Below are positions 49,076 to 49,157 of a stretch of DNA of 49,157 nucleotides, one piece after another. Below the pieces are notes generated by a model. The model saw only the letters and a program-made list of their open reading frames with translations. It made no database searches and was not told the origin of the DNA. Each line of letters starts with the position of its first letter. The stretch's first letter is position 1. Location: assembly GCF_001194135.2 (NCBI RefSeq), contig NC_068989.1:60974773-61023929 (forward strand), read 5' to 3'. The position numbers and the translations under genes are program-made. The stretch comes from Octopus bimaculoides (Eukaryota).

Positions 49076-49157
49076 CTTCTATTTATAAATGTTCTATATT
49101 ACACACAACCTTGGGTTTTTTTTTATCTCATTACGAAAAGTAAATCTTTATATATAT

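Larger units (their letters stand above)
48645..49147. mobile_element. Head-to-head inverted pair of Penelope-like terminal repeats (long minus copy 48645-48973, short plus copy 48974-49147)
   Basis: ~175-bp inverted arms; the apparent spacer is the reverse complement of the 37490-37640 sequence, so it is the 5' extension of the minus copy. Confidence 0.8.

Overview
AT-rich animal genomic DNA from a gappy short-read assembly. N runs (e.g. 12677-13141, 14445-14914, 27522-28190, 40752-41047, 47761-48450) almost always abut microsatellites. The tRNA-derived SINE family and repeat landscape point to an octopus (coleoid cephalopod); this is my recognition, not a database result. No intact host gene could be identified, and the long ORFs in the track are artefacts of N gaps or simple repeats. 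The window is a transposon graveyard: a decayed LTR retrotransposon (gag knuckles, PR, RT, RNase H, IN; ~7.85-9.74 kb), a Penelope-like GIY-YIG remnant (~18.1-19.1 kb), a mariner (~22.8-23.7 kb), a DD36E Tc1-like element (26.7-27.5 kb), a Chapaev-like transposon (44.7-46.6 kb), several SINEs and several foldback/MITE structures. The best leads are: (1) two neighbouring copies of a GG-terminal, 8-bp-TSD foldback element with head-to-head telomere-like (TTAGGG)n/(CCCTAA)n cores, which are inversion isomers of each other; (2) three minimal type-I hammerhead ribozyme motifs in non-autonomous Penelope-like units, one with an apparently intact variant core; (3) a 99-bp templated insertion copied from the mariner into a neighbouring foldback arm; (4) a TATA+Inr core promoter at canonical spacing; (5) a 63-bp-arm near-perfect hairpin. 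All alignments and translations were done by eye.
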